From NCBI GenBank assembly GCA_947441115.1, contig CANESS010000002.1, positions 1-46,290 of the forward strand: 46,290 nt of DNA. The letters are read 5' to 3'. The DNA comes from Saprospirales bacterium. Lineage in GTDB: Bacteria > Bacteroidota > Bacteroidia > Chitinophagales > JADJOU01. Made by a program: the position numbers and the translations under genes. Below are positions 27,855-38,057 of this stretch, piece after piece; positions within the stretch are counted from its first letter, which is position 1, and each line of letters opens with the position of its first letter. The notes below the pieces were generated by a model. The model was given only the letters and a program-made list of their open reading frames with translations. It was not told the origin of the DNA and made no database searches.

Positions 27855-28970
27855 ATGGATATTTCACAAGAGGATTTTTATTTAATGGCATTGCAGGCGA
27901 TAGATGGCTTAGGCCCTATCAAGGCTAATATGCTGCTAAATGGATTTTCAAATCCTTCAGAAATATTCCTTGCTTCTAAAAAAGATTTGAAACATAGAGT
28001 CACTGGACTGAGCGAAGATATCTTGAATCAGATTGTGAATAAATCGTCCTTTAATGATGTCGAAACTGAATCGAAATTCTGCAAAAAAAATGGAATTGAT
28101 ATAGTAACCTTTTATAGTGTAAATTATCCTGTAAGACTTAACTTAATGCAAGATAAGCCGCTGGTGCTTTATAAGAAGGGAACTGTTTATCCTAAAATCA
28201 AACGCAGCTTGGCTATAGTAGGCACAAGAAAATCTACAGAATATGGGCATAAATTTTTAGATCAGTTGTTTGAAGAATTGATCGGAATTAAGGACTTATG
28301 TGTTATTAGTGGATTAGCGCTGGGTATAGATCAAAAAGCACATGGACTTTCGGTCAAACATGCTATTCCAACATTAGCAGTCATGGGTCTTAGTCTAGAT
28401 AAGATTTATCCCGCACAGAACACCAATCTCGCAAAATCTATTATCGCAGCAGATGGGGGATGGATTTCCGAAACGTCTTCTCAGAGTAAAACTTCACAAG
28501 GAGTATTCCCGAGAAGAAATCGACTGATTGCAGGATTGTGTGATGCCATTCTAGTCGTGGAGACTGATGTGAAAGGAGGATCTGTCATTACAGCTCTTCT
28601 AGCCAATGATTATGGTAAAGATGTTTTTGCGCTGCCAGGCAGGACAAGCGATGCCCAATCTAGAGGTTGTAATGATTTAATCAAGAAAAATTTCGCTTCG
28701 CTAGTAAATACTCCTAGTGATTTGATAGAATCTATGTCCTGGCATACCCATACGAATAAAAGGTTACCTCGTACTTTGGAGTTAGATTTTGAAGGAACGA
28801 TGATGCAGAAAAATGTATTAGAGGTAATAAGAAAGTCACCTAAGATAGAGTTGGAAAAACTCATAAATCAGGTTCAGTTGGAGCATGGACAGCTAATAGA
28901 AACCCTATTAGAATTAGAATTGCAGGGCGTCATACATGCCTTGCCTGGTAATAAGTATGAATTGATATAA
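27855..28970 (+). CDS. dprA: DNA-processing protein DprA (Smf)
   Basis: Rossmann-like DprA core (AIVGTRKSTEYG, SGLALGIDQKAH, FPRRNRLIAG, GGSVITA) and a C-terminal winged-helix region. I set the start at ATG 27855 (MDISQEDF); the track ORF starts at a TTG 16 codons upstream. Confidence 0.9.
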   Translation: MDISQEDFYLMALQAIDGLGPIKANMLLNGFSNPSEIFLASKKDLKHRVTGLSEDILNQIVNKSSFNDVETESKFCKKNGIDIVTFYSVNYPVRLNLMQDKPLVLYKKGTVYPKIKRSLAIVGTRKSTEYGHKFLDQLFEELIGIKDLCVISGLALGIDQKAHGLSVKHAIPTLAVMGLSLDKIYPAQNTNLAKSIIAADGGWISETSSQSKTSQGVFPRRNRLIAGLCDAILVVETDVKGGSVITALLANDYGKDVFALPGRTSDAQSRGCNDLIKKNFASLVNTPSDLIESMSWHTHTNKRLPRTLELDFEGTMMQKNVLEVIRKSPKIELEKLINQVQLEHGQLIETLLELELQGVIHALPGNKYELI

Positions 28971-31897
28971 TGATGAATGAAACCAATAAGACTATTGTAA
29001 AGAAACTCGATAAGTTTAAAGCTCATTTCAATGGAGACGTATTCACCGATGAAAAAATGCGCATCCTTTATTCTACCGATGCTTCTCTTTATCGTAAACT
29101 TCCTTTAGCAGTTGTATATCCAAAAAACAATCAAGATCTTAAAAACATAGTTCTATTTTGCATTAATAATAAAACGTCTATTATTCCACGAACTGCTGGC
29201 ACATCATTGGGTGGGCAATGTGTTGGAGAAGGTATTGTAGTTGATGTATCTAGATACATGAATAAAATTCTAGAAATCAATCCAGAAGAAAAATATGCTA
29301 TCGTCCAGCCAGGAGTCGTTCGTGATGAATTGAATTTAGCTTTGAAGTCATATCAATTGCATTTTGGACCAAATACCTCTACTTCTAATAGAGCTATGAT
29401 AGGTGGTATGGTTGGTAATAATTCGAGCGGATCTTTTTCTATAAAGTATGGTACAACCCGTGAAAATGTATTAGCCGTAAAAGGTTATTTAAGCGATGCT
29501 TCAGAAGTAGAGTTTAAAGAATTGTCGACACAAGAGTTTAGAGCTAAAAGCCATGGCACATCGCTTGAGAGTGCTATATATAGACAAATTTCATTCGAAT
29601 TAAATCATCCAGTGACTCAAGCAGAAATAGACAAGGAATATCCAAAGCCAGGTGTCACTAGAAGAAATACGGGTTATGCCATAGATTTTTTGCTTAACTC
29701 TGAGCCATTTTATAGAGGATATGATTTGTTCAATTTTTCTAAAATGCTTTGTGGTAGTGAAGGTACACTCATGCTTTTTAGTGAGATAAAACTAAAGTTG
29801 GTAGATGTACCTACGAATAAAATAGCGTTAATTTGTGCACATTTCGATAGTATAGATAAGAGTCTTCGTGGGGCAGTAGAAGCTATGAAACTATCTCCCA
29901 ACCAATGTGAACTGATGGATAAGGCCATTTTAGATTGTACCAAGGAGAATTTAGTACAGGCTAGAAATAGATTTTTCATTCAAGGAGATCCCGAAGCTAT
30001 ATTAATGATAGAGGTAGAAGAAAAGTCGGAGACTGAACTCGCTACCCAAATCTCAAATATGCAAAATCAACTAAAATACTTGACGGGCGAATTTTCAATA
30101 CTATATGGAGATGATATTAAACGTGCATTGCAGCTTCGTGCAGCTGGACTGGGAGTATTGCAGAATATGAAGGGAGAAGAAAGACCTGTAGAATTTGTAG
30201 AAGATACAGCAGTTCAGATAGCTGATTTACCAGACTATATTCGGGATTTTAATCAAATGATAAAAGACCTAGGAACAACGAGTGTCTTCTATGCGCATGC
30301 CGGTGCAGGCGAACTTCATACGAGACCCAAAGTCAATCTAAAAACAGAAGATGGGAGAAAGAAGTTTAGAGCCATAGCAGAGGCATCCGCTCATTTAGTC
30401 AAAAAGTATGGAGGCTCATTGAGCGGAGAGCATGGCGATGGATTGGTGAGAGCAGAGTTTATACCTATCGCTTTGGGGCATAGAAATTATGAGTTATTAC
30501 GCCGAATAAAGAAAACATGGGATATACATAATATTTTCAACCCAGGTAAAATTGTGGATGCCCCACCTATGGATCAAAACCTTAGAGAAGACTACACTAA
30601 CAATTCTTCGTCCATTAAAACTATGTTTAGCTTTGAAAAGGAAGGGAGTCTTGTCAAGGCTGTAGAGAAATGCAGTGGTTCGGGTGATTGTAGAAAAACG
30701 AGCCTGATTGGAGGCACGCTTTGCCCTAGTTATCAGGCTACAGGTGAAGAAGAACACTCGACTAGAGCGCGTGCCAATATTTTAAGAGAATTTCTCACCC
30801 ATCAGGATTCTATGGATGGCATGAATCATCAAGAAGTTTATGATGTATTAAAGCTTTGTCTTAGTTGTAAAGCGTGTATCAGCGAGTGTCCAAGCTCTGT
30901 GGATATGGCAGCACTAAAATCAGAGTTTTTATATCAGTATCATTTGAAGAATCCATTGACCAAACTTGAAAAAAATGTAGCTAATTTTTACAAAACAAGT
31001 CAAAGAGTTAGTAAAATAGCTCCCCTTTCTAATCTAGTTCAAAATGCACCTATTATCGGTAGCTTAGCTAAAAAATGGATGGGTATAGATACTCGCAGGA
31101 GCATCCCAGCATATTCCTATCGCACCTTTGAGCAGTGGTGTATGAAATATAAAAATAAAAGACTCATCTCAGATATCAAGGTGTACTTATATGTAGATGA
31201 ATTTATAAATTTCTTGGAGTCTCATATTGCTATAAAAGCAGTTCTATTGCTTGAATCTTTAGGAATTGAGGTGGAGGTACTTCCATTTCGAGATAGTAGT
31301 CGCAGTCAAATCTCAAAGGGGTTTTTAAAAGAAGCTAAAGAAAATGTAAATAACTTTATTAATGAAATCTCATATATCGCTAATGGTGAAATTCCATTGC
31401 TAGGTATTGAGCCTTCTGCTATTTTGGGGTTCCGAGACGACTATCACCGTCTAGTAGATGTAGCGAATAAAAATATTTTAGATAAAATATCCTCTAAGAC
31501 CTACCTAATAGAAGAGTTTTTGGCGGACTACCTAACTAAGAATCCACTTTTAAAAGAGAAATTTACAGACGAGAAAAAAGAAATTGCCTATCATGGTCAT
31601 TGCCATCAGAAATCCTTGAGTTCGTCTAAGTTCGCTTTAGATATTCTTAATTTTCCTAACAACTATACTGTAGAAGAAATACCAAGCGGCTGCTGTGGTA
31701 TGGCGGGTAGTTTTGGGTATGAGCATTATGATTTAAGCATGAAGATAGGCGAAATGGTCTTATTCCCCAGTGTAAGGAAGGCTGGAAATCAGACCATAAG
31801 CGCCAGTGGCACATCTTGTCGTCATCAAATTAAGGACGGGACAAGGAAAAAGTCGAGTCATCCTGTAGAGATTTTGTTTGATGCATTGAAAAACTAA
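28970..31897 (+). CDS. FAD-binding and (Fe-S)-binding oxidoreductase, YdiJ-like
   Basis: 975-aa ORF. An N-terminal FAD-linked oxidase (PCMH-type) domain, then a 4Fe-4S motif CLSCKACISECPS, then C-terminal cysteine-rich CCG-type repeats (GCCGMAG). Its start overlaps the dprA stop as TAATG. Confidence 0.85.
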   Translation: MMNETNKTIVKKLDKFKAHFNGDVFTDEKMRILYSTDASLYRKLPLAVVYPKNNQDLKNIVLFCINNKTSIIPRTAGTSLGGQCVGEGIVVDVSRYMNKILEINPEEKYAIVQPGVVRDELNLALKSYQLHFGPNTSTSNRAMIGGMVGNNSSGSFSIKYGTTRENVLAVKGYLSDASEVEFKELSTQEFRAKSHGTSLESAIYRQISFELNHPVTQAEIDKEYPKPGVTRRNTGYAIDFLLNSEPFYRGYDLFNFSKMLCGSEGTLMLFSEIKLKLVDVPTNKIALICAHFDSIDKSLRGAVEAMKLSPNQCELMDKAILDCTKENLVQARNRFFIQGDPEAILMIEVEEKSETELATQISNMQNQLKYLTGEFSILYGDDIKRALQLRAAGLGVLQNMKGEERPVEFVEDTAVQIADLPDYIRDFNQMIKDLGTTSVFYAHAGAGELHTRPKVNLKTEDGRKKFRAIAEASAHLVKKYGGSLSGEHGDGLVRAEFIPIALGHRNYELLRRIKKTWDIHNIFNPGKIVDAPPMDQNLREDYTNNSSSIKTMFSFEKEGSLVKAVEKCSGSGDCRKTSLIGGTLCPSYQATGEEEHSTRARANILREFLTHQDSMDGMNHQEVYDVLKLCLSCKACISECPSSVDMAALKSEFLYQYHLKNPLTKLEKNVANFYKTSQRVSKIAPLSNLVQNAPIIGSLAKKWMGIDTRRSIPAYSYRTFEQWCMKYKNKRLISDIKVYLYVDEFINFLESHIAIKAVLLLESLGIEVEVLPFRDSSRSQISKGFLKEAKENVNNFINEISYIANGEIPLLGIEPSAILGFRDDYHRLVDVANKNILDKISSKTYLIEEFLADYLTKNPLLKEKFTDEKKEIAYHGHCHQKSLSSSKFALDILNFPNNYTVEEIPSGCCGMAGSFGYEHYDLSMKIGEMVLFPSVRKAGNQTISASGTSCRHQIKDGTRKKSSHPVEILFDALKN

Positions 31898-31926
31898 TAT
31901 TTTAGCAATCTTAAAAATAATATAAA

Positions 31927-33231
31927 TTGAAAATAGCAGTCATAGGGACAGGGTACGTGGGACTTGTATCGGGAGTATGCTTCTCTGAGACAGGGGTAGA
32001 AGTAACTTGTATCGACAATAATCAGGAGAAAATTGACAAATTAAATCGAGGTGAAATTCCGATTTATGAGCCGACTTTAGACATATTGATGAAACGAAAT
32101 TTCTCGGAAGGTCGATTAAGATTTACTATAGACCTCAGAGCAGGAATAGAAAATGCAGATATAATATTTTTAGCACTTCCCACACCAGAGAGTGAAGATG
32201 GATCTGCAGATTTAAGCTATGTATTAAAGATGGCAGAAACACTTTCAGGGATTATCGCCTCTTATAAGGTAATAGTTAATAAAAGTACAGTCCCAGTGGG
32301 AACAGCAGCAAAAGTTCAAGCCATATTTGATGAAAAATGTAAAGTAAAGGTCGATGTGATCTCCAATCCAGAATTTTTGAGAGAGGGATTTGCTGTAGAA
32401 GATTTTTTGAAGCCTGATAGAATAGTTATCGGGTCGAGTAGTGAAGCCGCCATAGAATTGATGACCAAATTATATAAACCATTTGTCCGTCAAGGAAATC
32501 CTATTTTCATTATGGATGAGAAGTCAGCGGAATTGACTAAGTATGCAGGTAATGCATTCCTAGCAATGAAGATTTCATTTATGAACGAAATGGCCAATAG
32601 TGCGGAAAAAGTTGGAGCGAATATAGAGCTAGTTCGTAAAGGTATCGGCACAGATCATCGCATTGGTGGCGCATTTCTCTATGCGGGCCTTGGCTATGGT
32701 GGCAGCTGTTTTCCTAAAGATGTGAAAGCCATTCAGAAAATCGCGATAGATAATGACTATGATTTTAAATTAGTCAATTCGGTTCTTAAAGTCAACCAAT
32801 TGCAGCGGGAAAAATTCTTTAATAAAATTAAATCAAATTTAGATTTAAAGGGAAAGAAAATCGCTTTGTGGGGATTGTCTTTTAAGCCCAACACAGATGA
32901 TATTCGAGAAGCTCCTGCATTATATATAATTGAAAAATTAATAGAAAGTGACGCTATAGTTTCTGCATATGACCCGGAAGGCATGCCTAACGTCAAAAAG
33001 CAGCTAGGAGATGCTATCTATTATTGTCAAAATATGTATGAAGCATTAGATGGAGCAGATGCCCTAGTTATTGTTACCGAGTGGACTGTGTTTAGAACAC
33101 CTGATTTCGATAAAATGAAGTCTTTGATGACTGAAAATGTAATTTTTGATGGTCGAAATTTGTTTGACCTTGAAGAAATGAAAGCGCAGGGTTATCACTA
33201 CCATAGTATAGGTAGGTTAGCTATAAACTAA
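31927..33231 (+). CDS. ugd: UDP-glucose 6-dehydrogenase
   Basis: 434-aa ORF. Rossmann motif IAVIGTGYVGLV and catalytic Cys in GGSCFPKD. A TTG start is forced: an in-frame TAA lies at 31918-31920 and there is no ATG before the GxGxxG motif. Confidence 0.9.
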   Translation: MKIAVIGTGYVGLVSGVCFSETGVEVTCIDNNQEKIDKLNRGEIPIYEPTLDILMKRNFSEGRLRFTIDLRAGIENADIIFLALPTPESEDGSADLSYVLKMAETLSGIIASYKVIVNKSTVPVGTAAKVQAIFDEKCKVKVDVISNPEFLREGFAVEDFLKPDRIVIGSSSEAAIELMTKLYKPFVRQGNPIFIMDEKSAELTKYAGNAFLAMKISFMNEMANSAEKVGANIELVRKGIGTDHRIGGAFLYAGLGYGGSCFPKDVKAIQKIAIDNDYDFKLVNSVLKVNQLQREKFFNKIKSNLDLKGKKIALWGLSFKPNTDDIREAPALYIIEKLIESDAIVSAYDPEGMPNVKKQLGDAIYYCQNMYEALDGADALVIVTEWTVFRTPDFDKMKSLMTENVIFDGRNLFDLEEMKAQGYHYHSIGRLAIN

Positions 33232-33285
33232 AACTTAATTATGCCTCACTAGTCATTAGTAGTGCATAACTTGCAATAATATAAC

Positions 33286-34278
33286 ATGACAAAAAAAAGA
33301 GTACTCATAACTGGCGCAGCTGGTTTCCTTGGATCACATCTATGTGACTATTTTCTTGCAAAAAACTGTGAAGTTCTAGCTATCGATAATCTCATTACAG
33401 GCAATATGAAAAATATTGAGCATTTGATGGAAAATGCTGATTTTACATTTTATAATCATGATGTGAGCAATTATGTGCATGTTCCAGGTGACTTGGATTA
33501 TATCATGCACTTTGCTTCACCAGCCAGTCCCATTGATTATTTAAAAATTCCAATTCAAACCTTGAAAGTAGGTTCATTAGGAACGCATAATCTACTGGGA
33601 CTTGCTAAAGCAAAAAACGCGCGAATGCTCATCGCATCTACTTCCGAAGTTTATGGTGACCCCTTAGTTCATCCTCAGACGGAAGATTATTGGGGGAATG
33701 TAAATCCTATTGGTCCTAGAGGGGTATACGATGAAGCAAAAAGATTCCAAGAGGCGATTACTATGGCATATCATCGTTTTCATGGAGTGGAAACTCGTAT
33801 TGTGCGAATATTTAACACGTATGGTCCTCGAATGAGGTTAAATGATGGGAGAGTATTGCCGGCATTTATAGGTCAAGCACTTCGTGAAGAGCCCATGACA
33901 ATATTTGGAGACGGAAGTCAAACTAGATCTTTTTGTTATGTTTCTGATTTGATAGAAGGGATATTTAGATTGCTTTTGAGTGACTATGCTTATCCAATCA
34001 ATATTGGCAATCCGAACGAAATTACCATCAAGCAATTTGCAGAAGAAATCACGAAGTTGACAGATTCTAAATCAGGAATTATCTATCACCCACTTCCACA
34101 AGATGATCCTATGCAGCGTCAACCTAATATTGACAAAGCTAGAGAAATTCTTTGTTGGGAACCGAAAGTAGACAGAGCCGAAGGATTAAAAATTACCTTT
34201 GATTATTTCAAAACATTGACTGCAGAAGACTTGAACAAGGTTGAGCATAATGATTTTACGAAGTATAATAAATACTAG
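33286..34278 (+). CDS. UDP-glucuronic acid decarboxylase (UDP-xylose synthase-type SDR)
   Basis: 330-aa extended SDR. Contains [23 protein letters not shown] and YDEAKR. The overall pattern matches UXS-family enzymes, and the gene sits directly downstream of ugd. Confidence 0.85.
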   Translation: MTKKRVLITGAAGFLGSHLCDYFLAKNCEVLAIDNLITGNMKNIEHLMENADFTFYNHDVSNYVHVPGDLDYIMHFASPASPIDYLKIPIQTLKVGSLGTHNLLGLAKAKNARMLIASTSEVYGDPLVHPQTEDYWGNVNPIGPRGVYDEAKRFQEAITMAYHRFHGVETRIVRIFNTYGPRMRLNDGRVLPAFIGQALREEPMTIFGDGSQTRSFCYVSDLIEGIFRLLLSDYAYPINIGNPNEITIKQFAEEITKLTDSKSGIIYHPLPQDDPMQRQPNIDKAREILCWEPKVDRAEGLKITFDYFKTLTAEDLNKVEHNDFTKYNKY

Positions 34279-34375
34279 TTAGTAATAAATGATGAAGTCT
34301 CAATTTTCATCATTAAAAGGGAAGTGAAGGCTATAGAATATAAAAAAATATTGTTTTGATAAGTAAAATCTAATC

Positions 34376-34738
34376 TTGAATTTAATCATAAATATATTAA
34401 TTGGCAATCTAACTCTAGAGCGCATATACATACTTTGGATGGAAATGTTTGCTTGGGAAACTGTCGGAAAGAAAACATTTAAAAGTCTTACACCAGAATT
34501 ATTTACGCCGACCAAATTATTAGCAGCTAATCAGGTACTCTATAACGGATTTCTGGCTGCGGGTTTGATTTGGACATTTTTCATAGATAACAATGAGTGG
34601 AAGTTTTATATCTCCGTTTTCTTTTTGACTTGTATACTTATCGTAGGACTTTATGGCGGGTGGACTGCTAGTAAGCGAATACTATACGTGCAAGCTTTGC
34701 CTGATTTTTTGGCCTTGATTTTACTACATTTAAAATAA
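34376..34738 (+). CDS. DUF1304 family membrane protein
   Basis: 120-aa ORF. The pattern ERIYILWMEMFAWETVGKK...LAANQVLYNGFLAAGL matches DUF1304 from memory. Probable TTG start (the frame opens at 34367 and the first ATG is at codon 22). Confidence 0.55.
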   Translation: MNLIINILIGNLTLERIYILWMEMFAWETVGKKTFKSLTPELFTPTKLLAANQVLYNGFLAAGLIWTFFIDNNEWKFYISVFFLTCILIVGLYGGWTASKRILYVQALPDFLALILLHLK

Positions 34739-34742
34739 TAAT

Positions 34743-35768
34743 ATGTCAACAAGGATTATAGATCTGCGCAGTGATACTTTTACTAAACCGACTCCAGCGA
34801 TGTTTGAAGCGATGATGGCTGCGAAAGTAGGTGATGATGTATTTGGAGAAGACGAAACGGTGAATGCTCTAGAACAAAAAACTACCAAATTATTTGGTAT
34901 GGAAGCAGCTATATATTGTCCTTCTGGCACAATGACCAATCAACTCGCAATACGCGCTCATTGCACTCCTGGGTCTGAAGTGATCTGCGATGAACAGTCT
35001 CATGTCTATATCTATGAAGGTGGCGGGATAGCAGTCAATGCACAATCTTCTGTCAAGTTGATTCGAGGAGAAAAAGGAAAAATTACTGCTGCTCAAGTAG
35101 GAAATGCCATCAACAATCCTAATGATATACACCAGCCAGTTACTCGACTCGTTTCGCTCGAAAACACATCTAATCGGGGAGGTGGGAGTATCTATGATTT
35201 CAATGAAATAATAAACATAAAGACTGTTTGCGATCAAAATAAATTGAAGTTACATTTAGATGGCGCGAGATTATTTAATGCATTAGTTGAGTCCACTGAA
35301 ACGCCGCTGAATTATGGAAAAACATTTGACAGTATTTCCATTTGTCTTTCTAAAGGTCTAGGTTGTCCTATCGGCTCTCTATTATTGGGAAATACTGAAA
35401 CAATAAAACAAGCTCGTCGATTCAGAAAACTGATGGGAGGGGGTTGGAGACAAGCTGGGTTTCTGGCTGCAGCAGGAATTTATTCATTAGATCATCATGT
35501 CGAAAGATTGCGAGAAGATCATAGAAGAGCGAAAGAAGCAGGCAAACTTATTTCTAAGTTAAGCTATGTGAAAGACATCTATCCTATAGAAACCAATATT
35601 GTAATTTTTGAATTAGATGATACAATCACAGCCATTGAATTCGTGCAGAAAATGAATGAAAAAGGGATTAAATGTATTCCTTTTGGTAAGCAATTGGTTC
35701 GAATGGTCACTCATTTGGATTTCACAGATAATGATTTGGAATATCTTCATCATGTATTAAGTTCATAA
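34743..35768 (+). CDS. ltaE: Low-specificity L-threonine aldolase (PLP-dependent)
   Basis: 341-aa ORF. N-terminal IDLRSDTFTKPTPAMFEAM...GDDVFGED, and the PLP-lysine context SICLSKGLG. Confidence 0.85.
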   Translation: MSTRIIDLRSDTFTKPTPAMFEAMMAAKVGDDVFGEDETVNALEQKTTKLFGMEAAIYCPSGTMTNQLAIRAHCTPGSEVICDEQSHVYIYEGGGIAVNAQSSVKLIRGEKGKITAAQVGNAINNPNDIHQPVTRLVSLENTSNRGGGSIYDFNEIINIKTVCDQNKLKLHLDGARLFNALVESTETPLNYGKTFDSISICLSKGLGCPIGSLLLGNTETIKQARRFRKLMGGGWRQAGFLAAAGIYSLDHHVERLREDHRRAKEAGKLISKLSYVKDIYPIETNIVIFELDDTITAIEFVQKMNEKGIKCIPFGKQLVRMVTHLDFTDNDLEYLHHVLSS

Positions 35769-35772
35769 AAAA

Positions 35773-35801
35773 AGCGAATGCCTTTTGACATTCGCTTTTT
35801 T
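35773..35801. terminator. Bidirectional rho-independent terminator between ltaE and dnaK
   Basis: An 8-bp stem AGCGAATG/CATTCGCT with an 8-nt loop, flanked by an A6 run on the left and a T5 run on the right. Confidence 0.75.
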
Positions 35802-35823
35802 ATGAATTGCTTTTTTTAAGAAA

Positions 35824-37731
35824 TTACTTCACTTCCTCAAATTCTACATCTTCAGCTTCATTAGAAGAATTACCTTCGGCATTACTACCACCTCCTGTAT
35901 TGGTTGGTTCTTGACCACCTTGTGATTGTTGTGCCTTTTGCATATCTTCACTTGCTGCAGCCCATGCTTCGTTGAGTGATTTAGTTAATGCTTCTATTCC
36001 TTCATAATTTTTCTGATCTACAGCAGATTTGAGTGCATCTTTTGCAGATTCGATTGTAGCTTTTTTATCAGCTGATATCTTATCTCCAAATTCAATCAAT
36101 TGCTTTTCAGTTTGGAATACCAAGCTATCAGCAGCATTCATTGTGTCTATTCGCTCTCTTTCTTTTTTGTCAGATTCTTCATTTATTTTTGCTTCCGCTT
36201 TCATCTTTTCAATATCTTCTTTTGAAAGAGAAGTAGATGCCTCGATTCTTATAGATTGCTCTTTTCCTGTTCCTTTGTCTTTTGCAGATACTTTCACGAT
36301 ACCATTTGCATCGATATCAAATGTCACTTCTATCTGTGGTGTCCCTCTTGGCGCTGGAGGTATAGAGTCTAAGTGAAATTTGCTTAAGGTTCTGTTATCT
36401 GCCGCTTTAGTTCGTTCTCCTTGTAGGATATGTATTTCTACAGATGGCTGATTGTCTACAGCTGTAGTGAATACTTGAGATTTTTTAGTAGGAATTGTTG
36501 TGTTTGAATCTATAATTCGTGTCATGACAGACCCCATTGTCTCTATTCCTAAAGAGAGTGGAGTCACATCTACGAGAACGATGTCGTCTGTCACATCTCC
36601 ACTGATAATGCCTCCTTGTATAGCTGCACCCATTGCTACTACTTCATCAGGATTTACACCCTTTGAAGGTTTTTTTCCAAAAAACTGCTCTACCATTTCA
36701 GCTACTTTAGGTATACGAGTAGAACCACCTACAAGAATGACTTCATCGATATCGCTTGTGCTCATACCTGCATCTTTCAATGCTTGCACACATGGCTTTA
36801 ACGTTCTTTGAAACAAACTATCCGCTAATTGCTCAAACTTAGCTTTTGTTAGTTTTTTTACCAAATGCTTAGGCACGCCATCTATTGCTGTGATATAGGG
36901 CAAATTGATTTCAGTTTCATTGGAACTTGATAATTCTATTTTAGATTTTTCTGCAGCTTCCTTCAATCTCTGAAGAGCCATCGGGTCTTTTCTTAAATCG
37001 ATATTTTCAGAAGTTTTAAATTCATCTGCTAGCCAATCTATTATTACTTGGTCGAAGTCATCACCTCCAAGATTAGTATCTCCATTAGTTGATTTCACTT
37101 CAAATACACCACCACCTAAATCTAAAACAGACACATCGAAAGTACCGCCACCAAGATCGAAGACGGCTATTTTCATATCCTTATCTTTCTTGTCTAGTCC
37201 ATAAGCTAATGCTGCGGCTGTAGGTTCGTTTACAATTCGCATTACTTTGAGTCCTGCAATTTCGCCTGCTTCTTTTGTAGCCTGTCGTTGTGAATCATTG
37301 AAGTATGCTGGAACGGTGATAACGGCTTCGTTCACCTCTGTACCAAGAAAATCTTCTGCTGATTTTTTCATTTTCTGAAGAACCATTGCCGCTATTTCCT
37401 GTGGGGAATACATTCTGCCATCAATATCTATTTTAATAGAATCATTATCGCCTTTTACCACTTTAAATGGCATTCTAGCAGCTTCTTTTTCTTGCTCGCT
37501 AAATCTACTTCCCATAAAACGCTTTATACTGTAGAGGGTTTTAGTTGGATTAGTGATAGCTTGTCGCTTAGCAGGATCGCCCACTTTTCGTTCCCCATTA
37601 TCTAAAAATGCTACTATTGATGGAGTCGTTCTTCTACCTTCATCGTTTGCTATGACTACAGGCTCATTTCCTTCAATCACAGATACACATGAATTCGTAG
37701 TGCCTAGGTCTATTCCTATTATTTTTCCCAT
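35824..37731 (-). CDS. dnaK: Molecular chaperone DnaK (Hsp70)
   Basis: 635-aa ORF. Contains [17 protein letters not shown] and [10 protein letters not shown], plus the acidic C-terminal tail EEVK. Confidence 0.98.
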   Translation of the reverse strand: MGKIIGIDLGTTNSCVSVIEGNEPVVIANDEGRRTTPSIVAFLDNGERKVGDPAKRQAITNPTKTLYSIKRFMGSRFSEQEKEAARMPFKVVKGDNDSIKIDIDGRMYSPQEIAAMVLQKMKKSAEDFLGTEVNEAVITVPAYFNDSQRQATKEAGEIAGLKVMRIVNEPTAAALAYGLDKKDKDMKIAVFDLGGGTFDVSVLDLGGGVFEVKSTNGDTNLGGDDFDQVIIDWLADEFKTSENIDLRKDPMALQRLKEAAEKSKIELSSSNETEINLPYITAIDGVPKHLVKKLTKAKFEQLADSLFQRTLKPCVQALKDAGMSTSDIDEVILVGGSTRIPKVAEMVEQFFGKKPSKGVNPDEVVAMGAAIQGGIISGDVTDDIVLVDVTPLSLGIETMGSVMTRIIDSNTTIPTKKSQVFTTAVDNQPSVEIHILQGERTKAADNRTLSKFHLDSIPPAPRGTPQIEVTFDIDANGIVKVSAKDKGTGKEQSIRIEASTSLSKEDIEKMKAEAKINEESDKKERERIDTMNAADSLVFQTEKQLIEFGDKISADKKATIESAKDALKSAVDQKNYEGIEALTKSLNEAWAAASEDMQKAQQSQGGQEPTNTGGGSNAEGNSSNEAEDVEFEEVK

Positions 37732-37771
37732 TTGATTATTATTTTAGCTACTTACCACAATAGGTATGCCA

Positions 37772-37814
37772 ATGACAAAATGGCGAAATATTGTCTATAA
37801 TTATGACAAAATGG
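37772..37814. repeat. 12-bp direct repeat ATGACAAAATGG x2 upstream of dnaK
   Basis: Exact copies at 37772-37783 and 37803-37814 (31-nt period), 41-83 nt upstream of the dnaK start. A partial third copy, TAATGACATTG, lies near 37840. Confidence 0.5.
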
Positions 37815-37955
37815 TCCCGAGAGGCTTGAAAATTCAGTCTTAATGACATTGAAATAGTATAGTTTATCATTAATTATCGGTTGATTTTAGAAGTTTAGTA
37901 GGCTAAGAATGCCCTATTTTATCAAATAAATCTGCTAAATTTTTAAAATAATTTG

Positions 37956-37963
37956 TATCTTTG
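37956..37963 (+). promoter_or_regulatory. -7 promoter box TATCTTTG upstream of the T9SS cargo operon
   Basis: Exact TAnnTTTG match, 94 nt upstream of the ATG at 38058. Confidence 0.3.
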
Positions 37964-38057
37964 GTCGTTAGATAATAGGGGATTAGTGATTTTTTCAATA
38001 TATGTCCTAACAATGCTAAACAAGAAATATTTTTAAACGAGAGAAATTCAGTCAATA

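Noticed and set aside
34288-34314. A perfect 9-bp AT-rich hairpin AATGATGAA/TTCATCATT after the UDP-glucuronate decarboxylase gene.
   Set aside because: It is followed by AAAAGG rather than a T tract, and the stem is weak (7 of 9 pairs are A-T). Not confidently a terminator.
34300-34515. A 71-aa minus-strand ORF overlapping the start of the DUF1304 gene.
   Set aside because: It overlaps a plus-strand ORF with recognisable family motifs, and its own product has no features. Judged spurious.
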